This document shows, one piece after another, positions 41,710 to 50,781 of a stretch of DNA of 64,000 nt. The notes beneath the pieces are model-generated. The model was given only the letters and a program-made list of their open reading frames with translations, was not told the origin of the DNA and searched no databases. The stretch is from Bifidobacterium breve (GTDB lineage: Bacteria > Actinomycetota > Actinomycetes > Nanopelagicales > Nanopelagicaceae): contig CAMDHH010000001.1 in the NCBI GenBank assembly GCA_945898065.1, positions 9,427 through 73,426 on the forward strand, given 5' to 3'. Position numbers and translations under genes: made by a program. The stretch's first letter is position 1. Every line of letters begins with the position of its first letter.

Positions 41710-42605
41710 AGGATCTGAACTCACCAGTTATTTGGCAAACACTCTTTGATGGAGATTCCAAGCAAGGGTGGATGCACTCAGGTATTGGTGTTCTTAGTGA
41801 TGGCCGTATTGTTTTCGAAGCACCCGGTGGTGCAGCATTAATTATTTTGGAACCCGCTACGAAGAAGCATGTACGAATTGAAGTTGGCGTAGCCGTTTCA
41901 CACGGTATTGCAGTGGCCAGCGATGACACTATTTGGATTTGTGATCCTGGCGCACAAGCACCGGGCCAAGTTGTTCAAATCAATGTAGATGGAAAGATTT
42001 TGCGCACAATCAAGCAACCAGTGCGAAGCTCTGATGAACAAGATAAGTGGAGACCGACTTCGATTGCATTAGCTGCTAATGGCGATATCTGGATTGGTGA
42101 TGGGTATGGCCTGAGCTTGGTCCACGTAGTTAGAGCAAATGGCGCCATCGAAACTTACGACGGATCTTCAAGTGGAATAAAATTTGATTGCCCACACGGT
42201 GTTGCAATTGATACGCGAGAGTCAGTAAATCGAATTGCTGTGGCAGATAGAAGTAATAAGAGGGTCCTCTATTTCAAAGAAGATGGATCATTCATCCGTA
42301 GTGTTGCTCATCCAATAATGACGAGCCCTTCCTCTCTTGCTGTGCGCGGGAATGACTTGCTTGTCACCGATCTCTTTGGAGCGATTCTCGCCATAGATTT
42401 AGATGATCAAGTTCGAGCGATTCTTCCTACGTCGAATGTGAACACACGAGAGGGTTGGCCAAATAAAATGTCTGGTGCAGATTCAGTTGCTCCCGATGTT
42501 TTTGAAGGAATGCTCAATAGTCCTCACGGCATAACTGTTTCAGTCCGCGGTGAGGTTTATTTCACTGAATGGTATTTAGGTGGTCGAGCTGTAACTATTT
42601 CATAA
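41700..42605 (+). CDS. NHL beta-propeller, peptidyl-alpha-hydroxyglycine lyase (PAL)-like, no signal peptide
   Basis: SHGIAV, RPTSIA..GDIWIGDGYG, CPHGVAID, VADRSNKRV, SPHGI; start overlaps the P450 stop. Confidence 0.82.
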   Translation: MELKDLNSPVIWQTLFDGDSKQGWMHSGIGVLSDGRIVFEAPGGAALIILEPATKKHVRIEVGVAVSHGIAVASDDTIWICDPGAQAPGQVVQINVDGKILRTIKQPVRSSDEQDKWRPTSIALAANGDIWIGDGYGLSLVHVVRANGAIETYDGSSSGIKFDCPHGVAIDTRESVNRIAVADRSNKRVLYFKEDGSFIRSVAHPIMTSPSSLAVRGNDLLVTDLFGAILAIDLDDQVRAILPTSNVNTREGWPNKMSGADSVAPDVFEGMLNSPHGITVSVRGEVYFTEWYLGGRAVTIS

Positions 42606-43202
42606 AGTTGCAAAAGCTAGATAACCAGCAATTGAAAACATTACACAGGCAATAATTGAATCTAGAACTTTCCAGAATATCGGCTTTGACATATATCGCG
42701 ATGCAGCTTTTGCTCCGAAGCCAATTGATGTAAACCAGACGAGACTTGCAAGCATCGCTCCTAGGCTAAAAAACCAGCGATCCTCCTTGAATTGATTAGA
42801 GATACTTCCCAGCAAGATAACAGTATCCAAGTAGACATGTGGGTTGAGAAAAGTAAATCCCAAGACAGTCGTCGCAACTTTTTTAGCACTGGCCGATTCA
42901 CCAGTTGTAGTTCCGATTACTGCGTTACGGAAAACGGAACGAACGCTCTTGATTCCAAACCATGTTAGGTAAGCAACCCCAAACCATCGGATAATCTCAA
43001 GAAGTGTTGGCTGAGATTGCAAGATACTGCCAAGTCCCGCGGCTCCCAATGCAATGAGTAGTGCATCTGAAACGGCGCAAATAGCGACAGTAAGGAATAC
43101 GTGTTCCTTTGTAAGACCTTGCTTGATTACAAATGCATTCTGTGCCCCGATAGCGATAATGAGGGAAAGGCCAGCTAAGAAGCCAGGGATAAATGCAATC
43201 AT
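42600..43202 (-). CDS. LysE/ArgO family amino-acid exporter
   Basis: LIIAIGAQNAFVIKQG, CAVSDALLI, TFLNPHVYLDTVILLGS. Confidence 0.93.
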   Translation of the reverse strand: MIAFIPGFLAGLSLIIAIGAQNAFVIKQGLTKEHVFLTVAICAVSDALLIALGAAGLGSILQSQPTLLEIIRWFGVAYLTWFGIKSVRSVFRNAVIGTTTGESASAKKVATTVLGFTFLNPHVYLDTVILLGSISNQFKEDRWFFSLGAMLASLVWFTSIGFGAKAASRYMSKPIFWKVLDSIIACVMFSIAGYLAFATL

Positions 43203-43242
43203 TCAAGGAAGAATACCTGATGGCTATTGTTATTATCTTCTC

Positions 43243-44214
43243 GTGGGGAAGACATTCTTTGATTTACCAGAATCTGAACAGATAGCGAAGCTGACTATTT
43301 TTGCCTCAACAGTTCTTGAGGCTTATGACCTCGCAATATCAGGTATCGAATCGCTAAATTTTGAATATAACGCGACTTTCAAAGTGACAACTACGTCTTA
43401 TCAAAACTTTGCTCTTCGAATAAACATTAATTCACCTCGAAACGTCCAAAATATTCGAGCAGAAGTGGCATGGGTTAGATTCCTAGAAAATGTAGATGGA
43501 ATTCAAACAGCCCATCCAGTTGTAAATAGAGCAGGGGAGTACATCACGACTCTTGCGCACTCCGATAGTGGACGAGAACTCAATTGCATTCTCTACACAT
43601 GGCTCGAAGGCGAAGAGGTGGGAGATGAGCCAACTAATCAGCAGTTACATGTCTTAGGTCAGACGATGGCCCTGTTGCATTCTTATTCAAAGGAGTTTGC
43701 CCTACCCGCCGATGCGCAACTTCCAATGTTTGATGATCCGTTTTGGGAGACTGAAGATTTCTTGCTTAGCGATAAGAGTAAATTAGATAGTCAGGAAAAG
43801 GATTTGATTGACGCTGCATTCAAGAAAATTATTGCTGGAACCGATGCACTTTATTCGCAGAACACAACCCAAGTTATTCATGCTGATTTACACGGCTGGA
43901 ATATAAAATGGCATCAAGGCAAACTATCTATCTTTGATTTCGATGATTGCGGAATAGGTTTACCTATTCAAGATATCGCCACTGCTTTGTATTATTTAGA
44001 CACTCCCGAGCAAGACGAAGCACTTCTGAGTGGTTACAAATCGGTAATGCCATTACCTGCACATACAAAAGCAGACATAGAGATGTTGCTCATTCATCGC
44101 CGGTTGATGTTGCTCAACTATCTTTATGAAACGAAAAATCAGGAACATCAAGAATTGATTCCGACGTATTTGGAGGAGACACTTCGGCGTTTGCGCGTTT
44201 TTCTAGAAGTTTAG
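43243..44214 (+). CDS. APH-like phosphotransferase (type II homoserine kinase-like family)
   Basis: YNATFKV, LGQTMALLH, IHADLHGWNI, FDFDDCG; GTG start 6 nt after TATTAT. Confidence 0.88.
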   Translation: MGKTFFDLPESEQIAKLTIFASTVLEAYDLAISGIESLNFEYNATFKVTTTSYQNFALRININSPRNVQNIRAEVAWVRFLENVDGIQTAHPVVNRAGEYITTLAHSDSGRELNCILYTWLEGEEVGDEPTNQQLHVLGQTMALLHSYSKEFALPADAQLPMFDDPFWETEDFLLSDKSKLDSQEKDLIDAAFKKIIAGTDALYSQNTTQVIHADLHGWNIKWHQGKLSIFDFDDCGIGLPIQDIATALYYLDTPEQDEALLSGYKSVMPLPAHTKADIEMLLIHRRLMLLNYLYETKNQEHQELIPTYLEETLRRLRVFLEV

Positions 44215-44224
44215 AATTATTACG

Positions 44225-44296
44225 TGGACCGTACTGGGATCGAACCAGTGACCCCCACAATGTCAATGTGGTGCTCTACCGCTGAGCCAACGATCC
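44225..44296 (-). tRNA. tRNA-Val(GAC)
   Basis: Cloverleaf GGATCGT...ACGGTCC-A, anticodon loop TTGACAT, GGTTCGATCC T arm; CCA not encoded. Confidence 0.95.
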
Positions 44297-44335
44297 TTGC
44301 TGTGGGAAATCATACCCCACGATTTTTCATATCTA

Positions 44336-44680
44336 TTAGCGTCCGAAATCGTCTTCTATACGCTCAATATCATCTTCTCCAAAGTATGTGCCAGTTTGTA
44401 CTTCAATAAAAATAACATCGTCAGTGCCAATATTTCCGATGCGATGCAAATCGCCAATTCCAACACTTATCGAATCACCAGGACCATTTTTTGTGACAAC
44501 ACCATTCAAAGTTATTTCAGCGTTTCCAGAGACAATAAACCAATGTTCTGCGCGCTTTTGATGTCGTTGATATGACAAACGCTTTCCTGGATAAACCCAG
44601 ATGCATTTTGTTTTATGGTGTGCGCCTTCTTGCAGAACTTCATAACGACCCCATGGTCGTTCTGATTTCTCTAGCTCCAT
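44336..44680 (-). CDS. Cupin protein, type II mannose-6-phosphate isomerase C-terminal domain-like
   Basis: ERPWGRY, RLSYQRHQKRAEHW, HRIGN, FIEVQTGTYFGEDDIERIEDDFGR; GAGG RBS. Confidence 0.92.
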   Translation of the reverse strand: MELEKSERPWGRYEVLQEGAHHKTKCIWVYPGKRLSYQRHQKRAEHWFIVSGNAEITLNGVVTKNGPGDSISVGIGDLHRIGNIGTDDVIFIEVQTGTYFGEDDIERIEDDFGR

Positions 44681-44716
44681 CGCATCCTCACAATTTCTTG
44701 TGTCGTTTTGTACCAG

Positions 44717-44787
44717 AGGTCGGGACGGGATTTGAACCCGTGTAGCAGGATTTGCAGTCCTGAGCCTCGCCTCTCGGCCACCCGACC
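44717..44787 (-). tRNA. tRNA-Cys(GCA)
   Basis: GGTCGGG...CCCGACC-T acceptor stem, loop CTGCAAA, GGTTCAAATCC. Confidence 0.95.
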
Positions 44788-44848
44788 ATAGAAAGAGCGC
44801 CACCGAATCGATATGAAATTCATATCAACTACAGAGGCGCTTATTCAG

Positions 44849-44921
44849 AGCGGACGACCGGGTTCGAACCGGCGACCTGAACCTTGGCAAGGTTCCGCGC
44901 TACCAACTGCGCTACGTCCGC
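44849..44921 (-). tRNA. tRNA-Gly(GCC)
   Basis: GCGGACG...CGTCCGC-T, loop TTGCCAA, GGTTCGAACC. Confidence 0.96.
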
Positions 44922-44988
44922 GAGGAAGCGAAATCTATCGCAGGAATGGCATAAGCGCCAAAGTGCGCTCATTCGATAGGTTAGGCAC

Positions 44989-46977
44989 ATGCCTTTGATA
45001 TCGATCACCGTAGATGGCGCTGCGCTATCCGTTGATTCAGAGCAACGACCTACCCATATCTTTGCTGAAAATAAAGAGATAGTGGTCGCCACGATAAATG
45101 GAGAGCTCAAAGATCTCTGGACTGATTTGCATGATGGCGATGTAGTTGTTGGTGTTTCAATTTCTTCGCCCCAAGGTTTAGCGGTTTTGCGCCACTCAAC
45201 TGCTCACGTCATGGCGCAAGCGGTGCAAAGTATTTTCGCAGATACCAAACTTGGAATAGGTCCACCGATTACAGATGGTTTTTATTACGACTTTGACCCG
45301 CAGAAACCCTTCAATCCTGATGATTTAGAGAAGATTGAAAGCGCAATGCGCAAGATTGTAAAAGAGGGACAACGTTTCAAGCGTCGCATAACAAATGAGA
45401 AAGATGCACGTGTAGAGCTCAAAGCCGAGCCTTATAAGTGCGAACTTATCGGTTTGAAATCTGGCGCAGGGGATGAAGCAAGCGTTGAAGTCGGTGGAGC
45501 TGAACTTACAATTTATGACAATTTAGGTCGCGATGGTCAACCTGTGTGGAGCGATCTTTGTCGTGGTCCGCACCTGCCATCTACAAAACATATTCCTGCA
45601 TTCAAGTTGATGCGTAGTGCCGGTGCGTATTGGCGCGGATCCGAAAAGAATCCGATGCTGCAACGTATTTATGGAACTGCATGGCCATCACAAGATCAAC
45701 TCAATGCATATTTGGAATTGTTAGCAGAGGCTGAAAAGCGCGATCACAGACGCTTAGGAACTGAACTTGATCTCTTTTCATTCCCTGAAGAGATCGGTTC
45801 TGGTCTTGCTGTCTTCCATCCAAAGGGCGGAATTATTCGTCGCGCGATGGAAGATTATTCTCGCAAGCGTCACGAAGATGAAGGCTACGAGTTTGTGTAT
45901 TCACCACATATAACTAAAGCGGCTCTCTTTGAAACATCTGGTCACCTTGATTGGTACTCAGAGGGTATGTATCCACCAATGATTTTGGATGAAGAACATC
46001 ATGCTGACGGCACGATAAAGCGTGCGGGCCAGCAGTACTACATGAAGCCAATGAACTGTCCATTTCATAATTTGATTTACAGATCACGTCAGCGCTCATA
46101 TCGCGAATTACCGCTGCGACTCTTCGAATTTGGCACTGTGTATCGCTATGAAAAATCAGGTGTGCTTCATGGAATTACTCGTGCTCGTGGTTTTACTCAA
46201 GACGATGCCCACATTTACTGCACAAAAGAACAGATGCCCGATGAATTAGATTCTTTGCTTACTTTCGTACTCAATCTTCTGCGCGACTATGGACTTAATG
46301 ATTTCTATCTCGAACTCTCTACTCGCAATCCTGAAAAATCAGTGGGCGAAGATAGCGAATGGGTTGAGGCGACTGAGGCACTACGACGAGCAGCCACAAA
46401 GCAAAATCTAGAATTAGTACTCGATGAAGGCGGCGCCGCCTTTTATGGTCCGAAGATTTCAGTTCAAGCAAAAGATGCAATTGGTCGCACATGGCAGATG
46501 TCCACTATCCAAGTTGACTTCCAATTGCCACAACGTTTTGAACTCGAATATGTTGCAAATGATTCATCTCGTCAACGCCCGGTAATGATTCACCGCGCAC
46601 TATTTGGTTCTATTGAGCGGTTCTTTGGTGTCCTAACAGAGCACTATGCAGGAGCATTTCCACCTTGGTTAGCGCCAGTACAAGCCATTGGTATTCCAGT
46701 CGCTGACACCTTTAATGATTACCTAGATGGAGTGATGAAGCAGATGCGCGCTGCCGGAATTCGAGTAGATCTTGATACATCTGATGATCGTATGCAGAAG
46801 AAAGTGCGTAATGCGCAAATGCAGAAAATTCCATTTATGGTCATTGCCGGAGAAGAAGATGTGAGCGCAGGAGCGGTTTCATTCCGTTTTCGCAACGGAG
46901 AACAGAAAAATGGAATTCCGATTGCTCAAGCAATCAAGGAAATTCAAAAGGCAGTTCAAGACCGAATTCAGGTTTAA
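44989..46977 (+). CDS. thrS: Threonine--tRNA ligase
   Basis: [50 protein letters not shown]. Confidence 0.98.
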   Translation: MPLISITVDGAALSVDSEQRPTHIFAENKEIVVATINGELKDLWTDLHDGDVVVGVSISSPQGLAVLRHSTAHVMAQAVQSIFADTKLGIGPPITDGFYYDFDPQKPFNPDDLEKIESAMRKIVKEGQRFKRRITNEKDARVELKAEPYKCELIGLKSGAGDEASVEVGGAELTIYDNLGRDGQPVWSDLCRGPHLPSTKHIPAFKLMRSAGAYWRGSEKNPMLQRIYGTAWPSQDQLNAYLELLAEAEKRDHRRLGTELDLFSFPEEIGSGLAVFHPKGGIIRRAMEDYSRKRHEDEGYEFVYSPHITKAALFETSGHLDWYSEGMYPPMILDEEHHADGTIKRAGQQYYMKPMNCPFHNLIYRSRQRSYRELPLRLFEFGTVYRYEKSGVLHGITRARGFTQDDAHIYCTKEQMPDELDSLLTFVLNLLRDYGLNDFYLELSTRNPEKSVGEDSEWVEATEALRRAATKQNLELVLDEGGAAFYGPKISVQAKDAIGRTWQMSTIQVDFQLPQRFELEYVANDSSRQRPVMIHRALFGSIERFFGVLTEHYAGAFPPWLAPVQAIGIPVADTFNDYLDGVMKQMRAAGIRVDLDTSDDRMQKKVRNAQMQKIPFMVIAGEEDVSAGAVSFRFRNGEQKNGIPIAQAIKEIQKAVQDRIQV

Positions 46978-46979
46978 TC

Positions 46980-47507
46980 ATGAGTCAAGAAATAGATGGC
47001 ATTGGTATGCCTGATGGTTGGCAACGGTTGTGGGCACCACACCGTTTAGATTATTTGCGCGGTGAGAACAGACCACTCGATGGCAATGATGTTGAATGCC
47101 CTTTTTGCCGCATTCCAAAACTCAGTGACGAAGATGGGTTGATTGTTGCGCGCGGTACACATGTTTATGCTGTGATGAATCTTTATCCATATAACCCAGG
47201 ACACCTTCTTATATGCGCATTTCGACATGTGGCTGATCTGACGGATCTCAGCGATGAAGAACGAAACGAGATGAGTTCATTCACCGCTCACGCCATGAAA
47301 ACTATTCGCACAGTATCTGGAGCGCATGGTTTCAATCTTGGAATGAATCAAGGTGCGATCTCTGGCGCTGGAGTTGCCGACCATATTCATCAACATGTTG
47401 TTCCACGATGGGGCGGTGATGCGAATTTTATGCCAATTATCGGTAAGACAAAAGTTATGCCGCAATTGCTCTCACAAACAAGAAGTGATTTAGCTGCTGC
47501 TTGGTAG
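46980..47507 (+). CDS. HIT family protein (Ap4A phosphorylase-like)
   Basis: RLWAPHR, CPFC, NLYPYNPGH, HIHQH, PRWGGDANF; follows thrS. Confidence 0.92.
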   Translation: MSQEIDGIGMPDGWQRLWAPHRLDYLRGENRPLDGNDVECPFCRIPKLSDEDGLIVARGTHVYAVMNLYPYNPGHLLICAFRHVADLTDLSDEERNEMSSFTAHAMKTIRTVSGAHGFNLGMNQGAISGAGVADHIHQHVVPRWGGDANFMPIIGKTKVMPQLLSQTRSDLAAAW

Positions 47508-48092
47508 TGCCTTTTCAATCTCATCAATATAGTTACGAATAATATTTACGCCTAAATCTTTCTCAATCCACAGAGGAACTGCAGGGAAGAGCAATCCAGC
47601 AGCAAATGCATTAGCACCAGATAATTCAATATGTTCCAAATATTCTTGCCTAAATTCACTCACCAAGATTTGATGCTCTTGTGTACTCATGGTGACTTGA
47701 TGATCATCATGGGAGTAGTCGGTAATCTCAAGAGTCTCCAAAGAGATAAGTGCGCAAGGAAAACCTGCATCATCATGTAAGACAAGATACGGAGTAACAA
47801 TTTGTTCAAAGACACGAGTTGCAAGCATCACAGCATCATCAAAATCTGCGCTTTGGTTCTCTAAATGCGTGACAACGACCATGCGCGGAATTTGGAAATC
47901 ATCGAGTCCTTGCCATAGAGAAATAGTTTCAGGCGAAATTCCAGCAGAGGGATCTACAACAAATATCGCGAGTTCAGATTCAGGTTCAACTACATTGCTC
48001 AGCGTTGCCCCAAAGTAGGTAGCGACGTGTTGCGGGTCGGCGCTTTCGTGTCCATAGATATGGACTCTCACGCGAGAACTAGGAGTTGGCAC
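47490..48092 (-). CDS. Truncated, degenerate EF-G2 (FusA2)-like G-domain protein
   Basis: AIFVVD..AGIS..T..LW......IPRMVVVTHLE...ADF resembles the EF-G-like G domain; lies between HIT and pgsA; P-loop degenerate. Confidence 0.65.
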   Translation of the reverse strand: MPTPSSRVRVHIYGHESADPQHVATYFGATLSNVVEPESELAIFVVDPSAGISPETISLWQGLDDFQIPRMVVVTHLENQSADFDDAVMLATRVFEQIVTPYLVLHDDAGFPCALISLETLEITDYSHDDHQVTMSTQEHQILVSEFRQEYLEHIELSGANAFAAGLLFPAVPLWIEKDLGVNIIRNYIDEIEKALPSSS

Positions 48093-48116
48093 GCGCTCAG
48101 CCTACGATGGGACTCG

Positions 48117-48713
48117 ATGATTAGCGCAATTTTGAAACCAGCAGTGACGAAGGTGATTACGCCTATCGCTTCAACTGCGCTGCGTATTGGCATTACTCCA
48201 AACGGCGTTACATGGGCCGGAGCTATTGGAGTTGTTGCATCCTCCTTCTATTTCTATCCCAAAGGAAATTTCTTTTGGGGAACTCTCGTCATCTGCTTTT
48301 TCGCTCTGAGCGATCTCTTCGATGGAACGATGGCTCGAATTTCACAACAAGGAAGCAGCAAGTGGGGTGGATTTTTAGATTCCACAATCGATCGCGTTAC
48401 GGATTCATCTGTGTTGATTGGAGTGACTCTATTTCTCATCGATGCCAATGACCCACTAGTTCCCGTAATTCTTCTTACTTTAGTAACAGGAATGTTGGTT
48501 CCTTATATACGCGCAAGAGCCGAATCCATGGGAATCGATTGCTCAGGTGGAATAGCAGAGCGCACTGAAAGATTGATTCTTGCATTGAGCGCAATTGGAT
48601 TTAGTGGACTTGGAATCCCATATGTTCTAGCGGGCGGAATGTGGCTACTAGCAATTCTTGGGGTAATAACTGTCCTGCAACGAATATTGATTGTGTGGCG
48701 TAGCACCACATGA
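48117..48713 (+). CDS. pgsA: Phosphatidylinositol phosphate synthase (CDP-alcohol phosphatidyltransferase)
   Basis: ITPN, DLFDGTMAR...GGFLDSTIDR, YIRARAE, AERTER; first gene of the PIM operon. Confidence 0.92.
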   Translation: MISAILKPAVTKVITPIASTALRIGITPNGVTWAGAIGVVASSFYFYPKGNFFWGTLVICFFALSDLFDGTMARISQQGSSKWGGFLDSTIDRVTDSSVLIGVTLFLIDANDPLVPVILLTLVTGMLVPYIRARAESMGIDCSGGIAERTERLILALSAIGFSGLGIPYVLAGGMWLLAILGVITVLQRILIVWRSTT

Positions 48714-49597
48714 TTATCCAAACTATCACTGCCTGGTTCTATTTTGGAGCCTGGAGAATTTTGCGCTGGCTGCCAGAGAACTTCGCATACGCCAGCGCTT
48801 ATCGACTCGCTGATTTTATAACTAAAAAAAATGGTAAAAGTGTTCAAAGGTTACGCTCTAACCTTGCGCGAACGCAGAAAGATATTACAGAATTAGATTT
48901 GGAATTATTACTCTATAAAGCTGTGAGATCAAGTGCTAGATATTGGTGTGACACTTTCCGATTACCAGATTGGTCTAAGCAACGCATTCAAGACACAGTC
49001 ACTGCAACTAATGAGTATTTATTACTTGATGCAATTTCATCCAATAATGGTGGTGTTGTAACGGTTGCGCATTCAGGAAATTATGATCATGCATCTGCAT
49101 ATTTCTGTAGCAAAGGGGGTCGAATTGTTACAGTCGCTGAGCGCCTCAAACCTGAAGCGCTATTCAAGAAATTTATGTCGTATAGAGAAGCATACGGAAT
49201 GGAATCCCTGCCTATTGATGGACGAGTGATCCCGACACTTCTTCAAAGAATTCGACAAGGTGGGATTGTCGCTCTGGCAGCCGATCGCGATTTATCGCGA
49301 AGTGGAATAGACGTTACTTTTTTTGATGGGACTGCTCGCATGCCCGCCGGCCCAGCTCTCCTTGCGATACGAACGGAAGTCCCACTTATCTATGCAGGTA
49401 TTTCCTATACTGAAACGGGAATACATATCGATTTCGAATTGGTTCCTATTGCTATGACTGGGTCTGAAAATGAACGAGTTGCAGCAACAGTGCAAAATAG
49501 CGCTGATCTATTTGCCAAAGGTATTGCGCGCTACCCACACGATTGGCACATGATGCAGCGCATCTGGATTGATGGAGATTTTAAGGAACGCGAATAA
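48710..49597 (+). CDS. Phosphatidylinositol mannoside acyltransferase (PatA-like)
   Basis: HSGNYD, AERLKPE, ADRDL, MPAGPA, DWHMMQRIW; between pgsA and pimA. Confidence 0.9.
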   Translation: MIIQTITAWFYFGAWRILRWLPENFAYASAYRLADFITKKNGKSVQRLRSNLARTQKDITELDLELLLYKAVRSSARYWCDTFRLPDWSKQRIQDTVTATNEYLLLDAISSNNGGVVTVAHSGNYDHASAYFCSKGGRIVTVAERLKPEALFKKFMSYREAYGMESLPIDGRVIPTLLQRIRQGGIVALAADRDLSRSGIDVTFFDGTARMPAGPALLAIRTEVPLIYAGISYTETGIHIDFELVPIAMTGSENERVAATVQNSADLFAKGIARYPHDWHMMQRIWIDGDFKERE

Positions 49598-50781
49598 TGC
49601 TGACGAAAAAACTCAAGATAGGAATTGTCTGTCCATACAGCTGGGATACGCCTGGGGGAGTGCAGGCACATATTCGAGATTTGGCTGAGTTTCTTATTGC
49701 ATCGGGTCATTCTGTTTCAGTTCTTTCACCGGCGATTGATGAAGATGCCCTACCTGATTATGTTGTAAGCGCAGGTAAGCCAATAGCTATTCCCTACAAC
49801 GGCGCAGTTGCACGCATTCTTTTTGGTCCCATTGCATTTGCTCGAGTTCGTCAATGGATTACACAAGGCGAGTTTGATTTATTGCATTTACATGAACCAG
49901 CTATTCCATCACTATCACTACTTGCTTGTTGGGCGGCAGAAGGTCCACTCGTAGGAACCTTCCATGCTGCAGCGAAGCGCCAAAAGATTATCTTTGCAAT
50001 TGGTCCCATTCTTGAACCTGCTATTGAAAAACTCAATGCACGTATTGCAGTGAGTGAGGCTGCACGATCAACTTTGACAGAGCATTTAGAGACTGATGCC
50101 GTTGTAATTCCCAACGGTATTTATGCCAAGAGATATGCAAAAGGAACTCCGCAAGCTAAATGGCAAGGAAATACGATTGGTTTTATGGGTCGCTTTGAAG
50201 AACCGCGCAAAGGTCTCGCAGTTCTATTGGAAGCGCTGCCGATAATTGCACGTTTCGCACCTGATGTTCGAGTCTTTGTTGCGGGGCCGGGAGATAGCGA
50301 TGAGATAAAGAAGAGCATTGATCCGCAATTGCTCCCGTATTTCCAATTTCTTGGGCGCATCTCTGAAGAAGAGAAAGCGGATTTCATGGCATCTGTTGCC
50401 ATTTATGTAGCACCAAATACGGGCGGTGAATCTTTTGGAATCATTTTGGCCGAAGCGCTAGCAGGTGGAGCAACCGTTGTTGCGAGTGATATTCCAGCTT
50501 TTGACTCACTATTAGGTGGCGGAGAATTTGGCGCACTCTTTGAGTCAGAGAATCCAACAGATTTAGCAAAAGTGATAATTGATTTACTGCGCAACGATCA
50601 AAAACGTGCAGTACTCGCTCTTGCAGGAAAAGAACATGCACAGATATTTGACTGGGAAGTGGTCGCCGAGCAGATATTTAGTATTTACGAGATGTCTATA
50701 GTTGGTAGCGAAGGCGTTGGCCTTGCAAAAGATCACAGATCATGGAATCGCTTATTGACACGAGATGGAGATGATAAGTGA
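49597..50781 (+). CDS. pimA: Phosphatidyl-myo-inositol alpha-mannosyltransferase (GT4)
   Basis: CPYSWDTPGGVQAH, IPYNGAVAR, HLHEP, EPRKG, GGESFGIILAEA. Confidence 0.92.
   Translation: MLTKKLKIGIVCPYSWDTPGGVQAHIRDLAEFLIASGHSVSVLSPAIDEDALPDYVVSAGKPIAIPYNGAVARILFGPIAFARVRQWITQGEFDLLHLHEPAIPSLSLLACWAAEGPLVGTFHAAAKRQKIIFAIGPILEPAIEKLNARIAVSEAARSTLTEHLETDAVVIPNGIYAKRYAKGTPQAKWQGNTIGFMGRFEEPRKGLAVLLEALPIIARFAPDVRVFVAGPGDSDEIKKSIDPQLLPYFQFLGRISEEEKADFMASVAIYVAPNTGGESFGIILAEALAGGATVVASDIPAFDSLLGGGEFGALFESENPTDLAKVIIDLLRNDQKRAVLALAGKEHAQIFDWEVVAEQIFSIYEMSIVGSEGVGLAKDHRSWNRLLTRDGDDK

Noticed and set aside
43054-43242. N-terminal extensions in the ORF track (also 679, 4380, 9084, 17734, 20903, 23686, 33348, 39306, 44803, 48027, 55731)
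   Set aside because: They overlap neighbouring genes or tRNAs; downstream starts have a better RBS, -10 spacing or stop-start coupling.
36397-44296. Integrative element or prophage at tRNA-Val
   Set aside because: No integrase, transposase or phage gene, and no duplicated tRNA 3' end found by eye.
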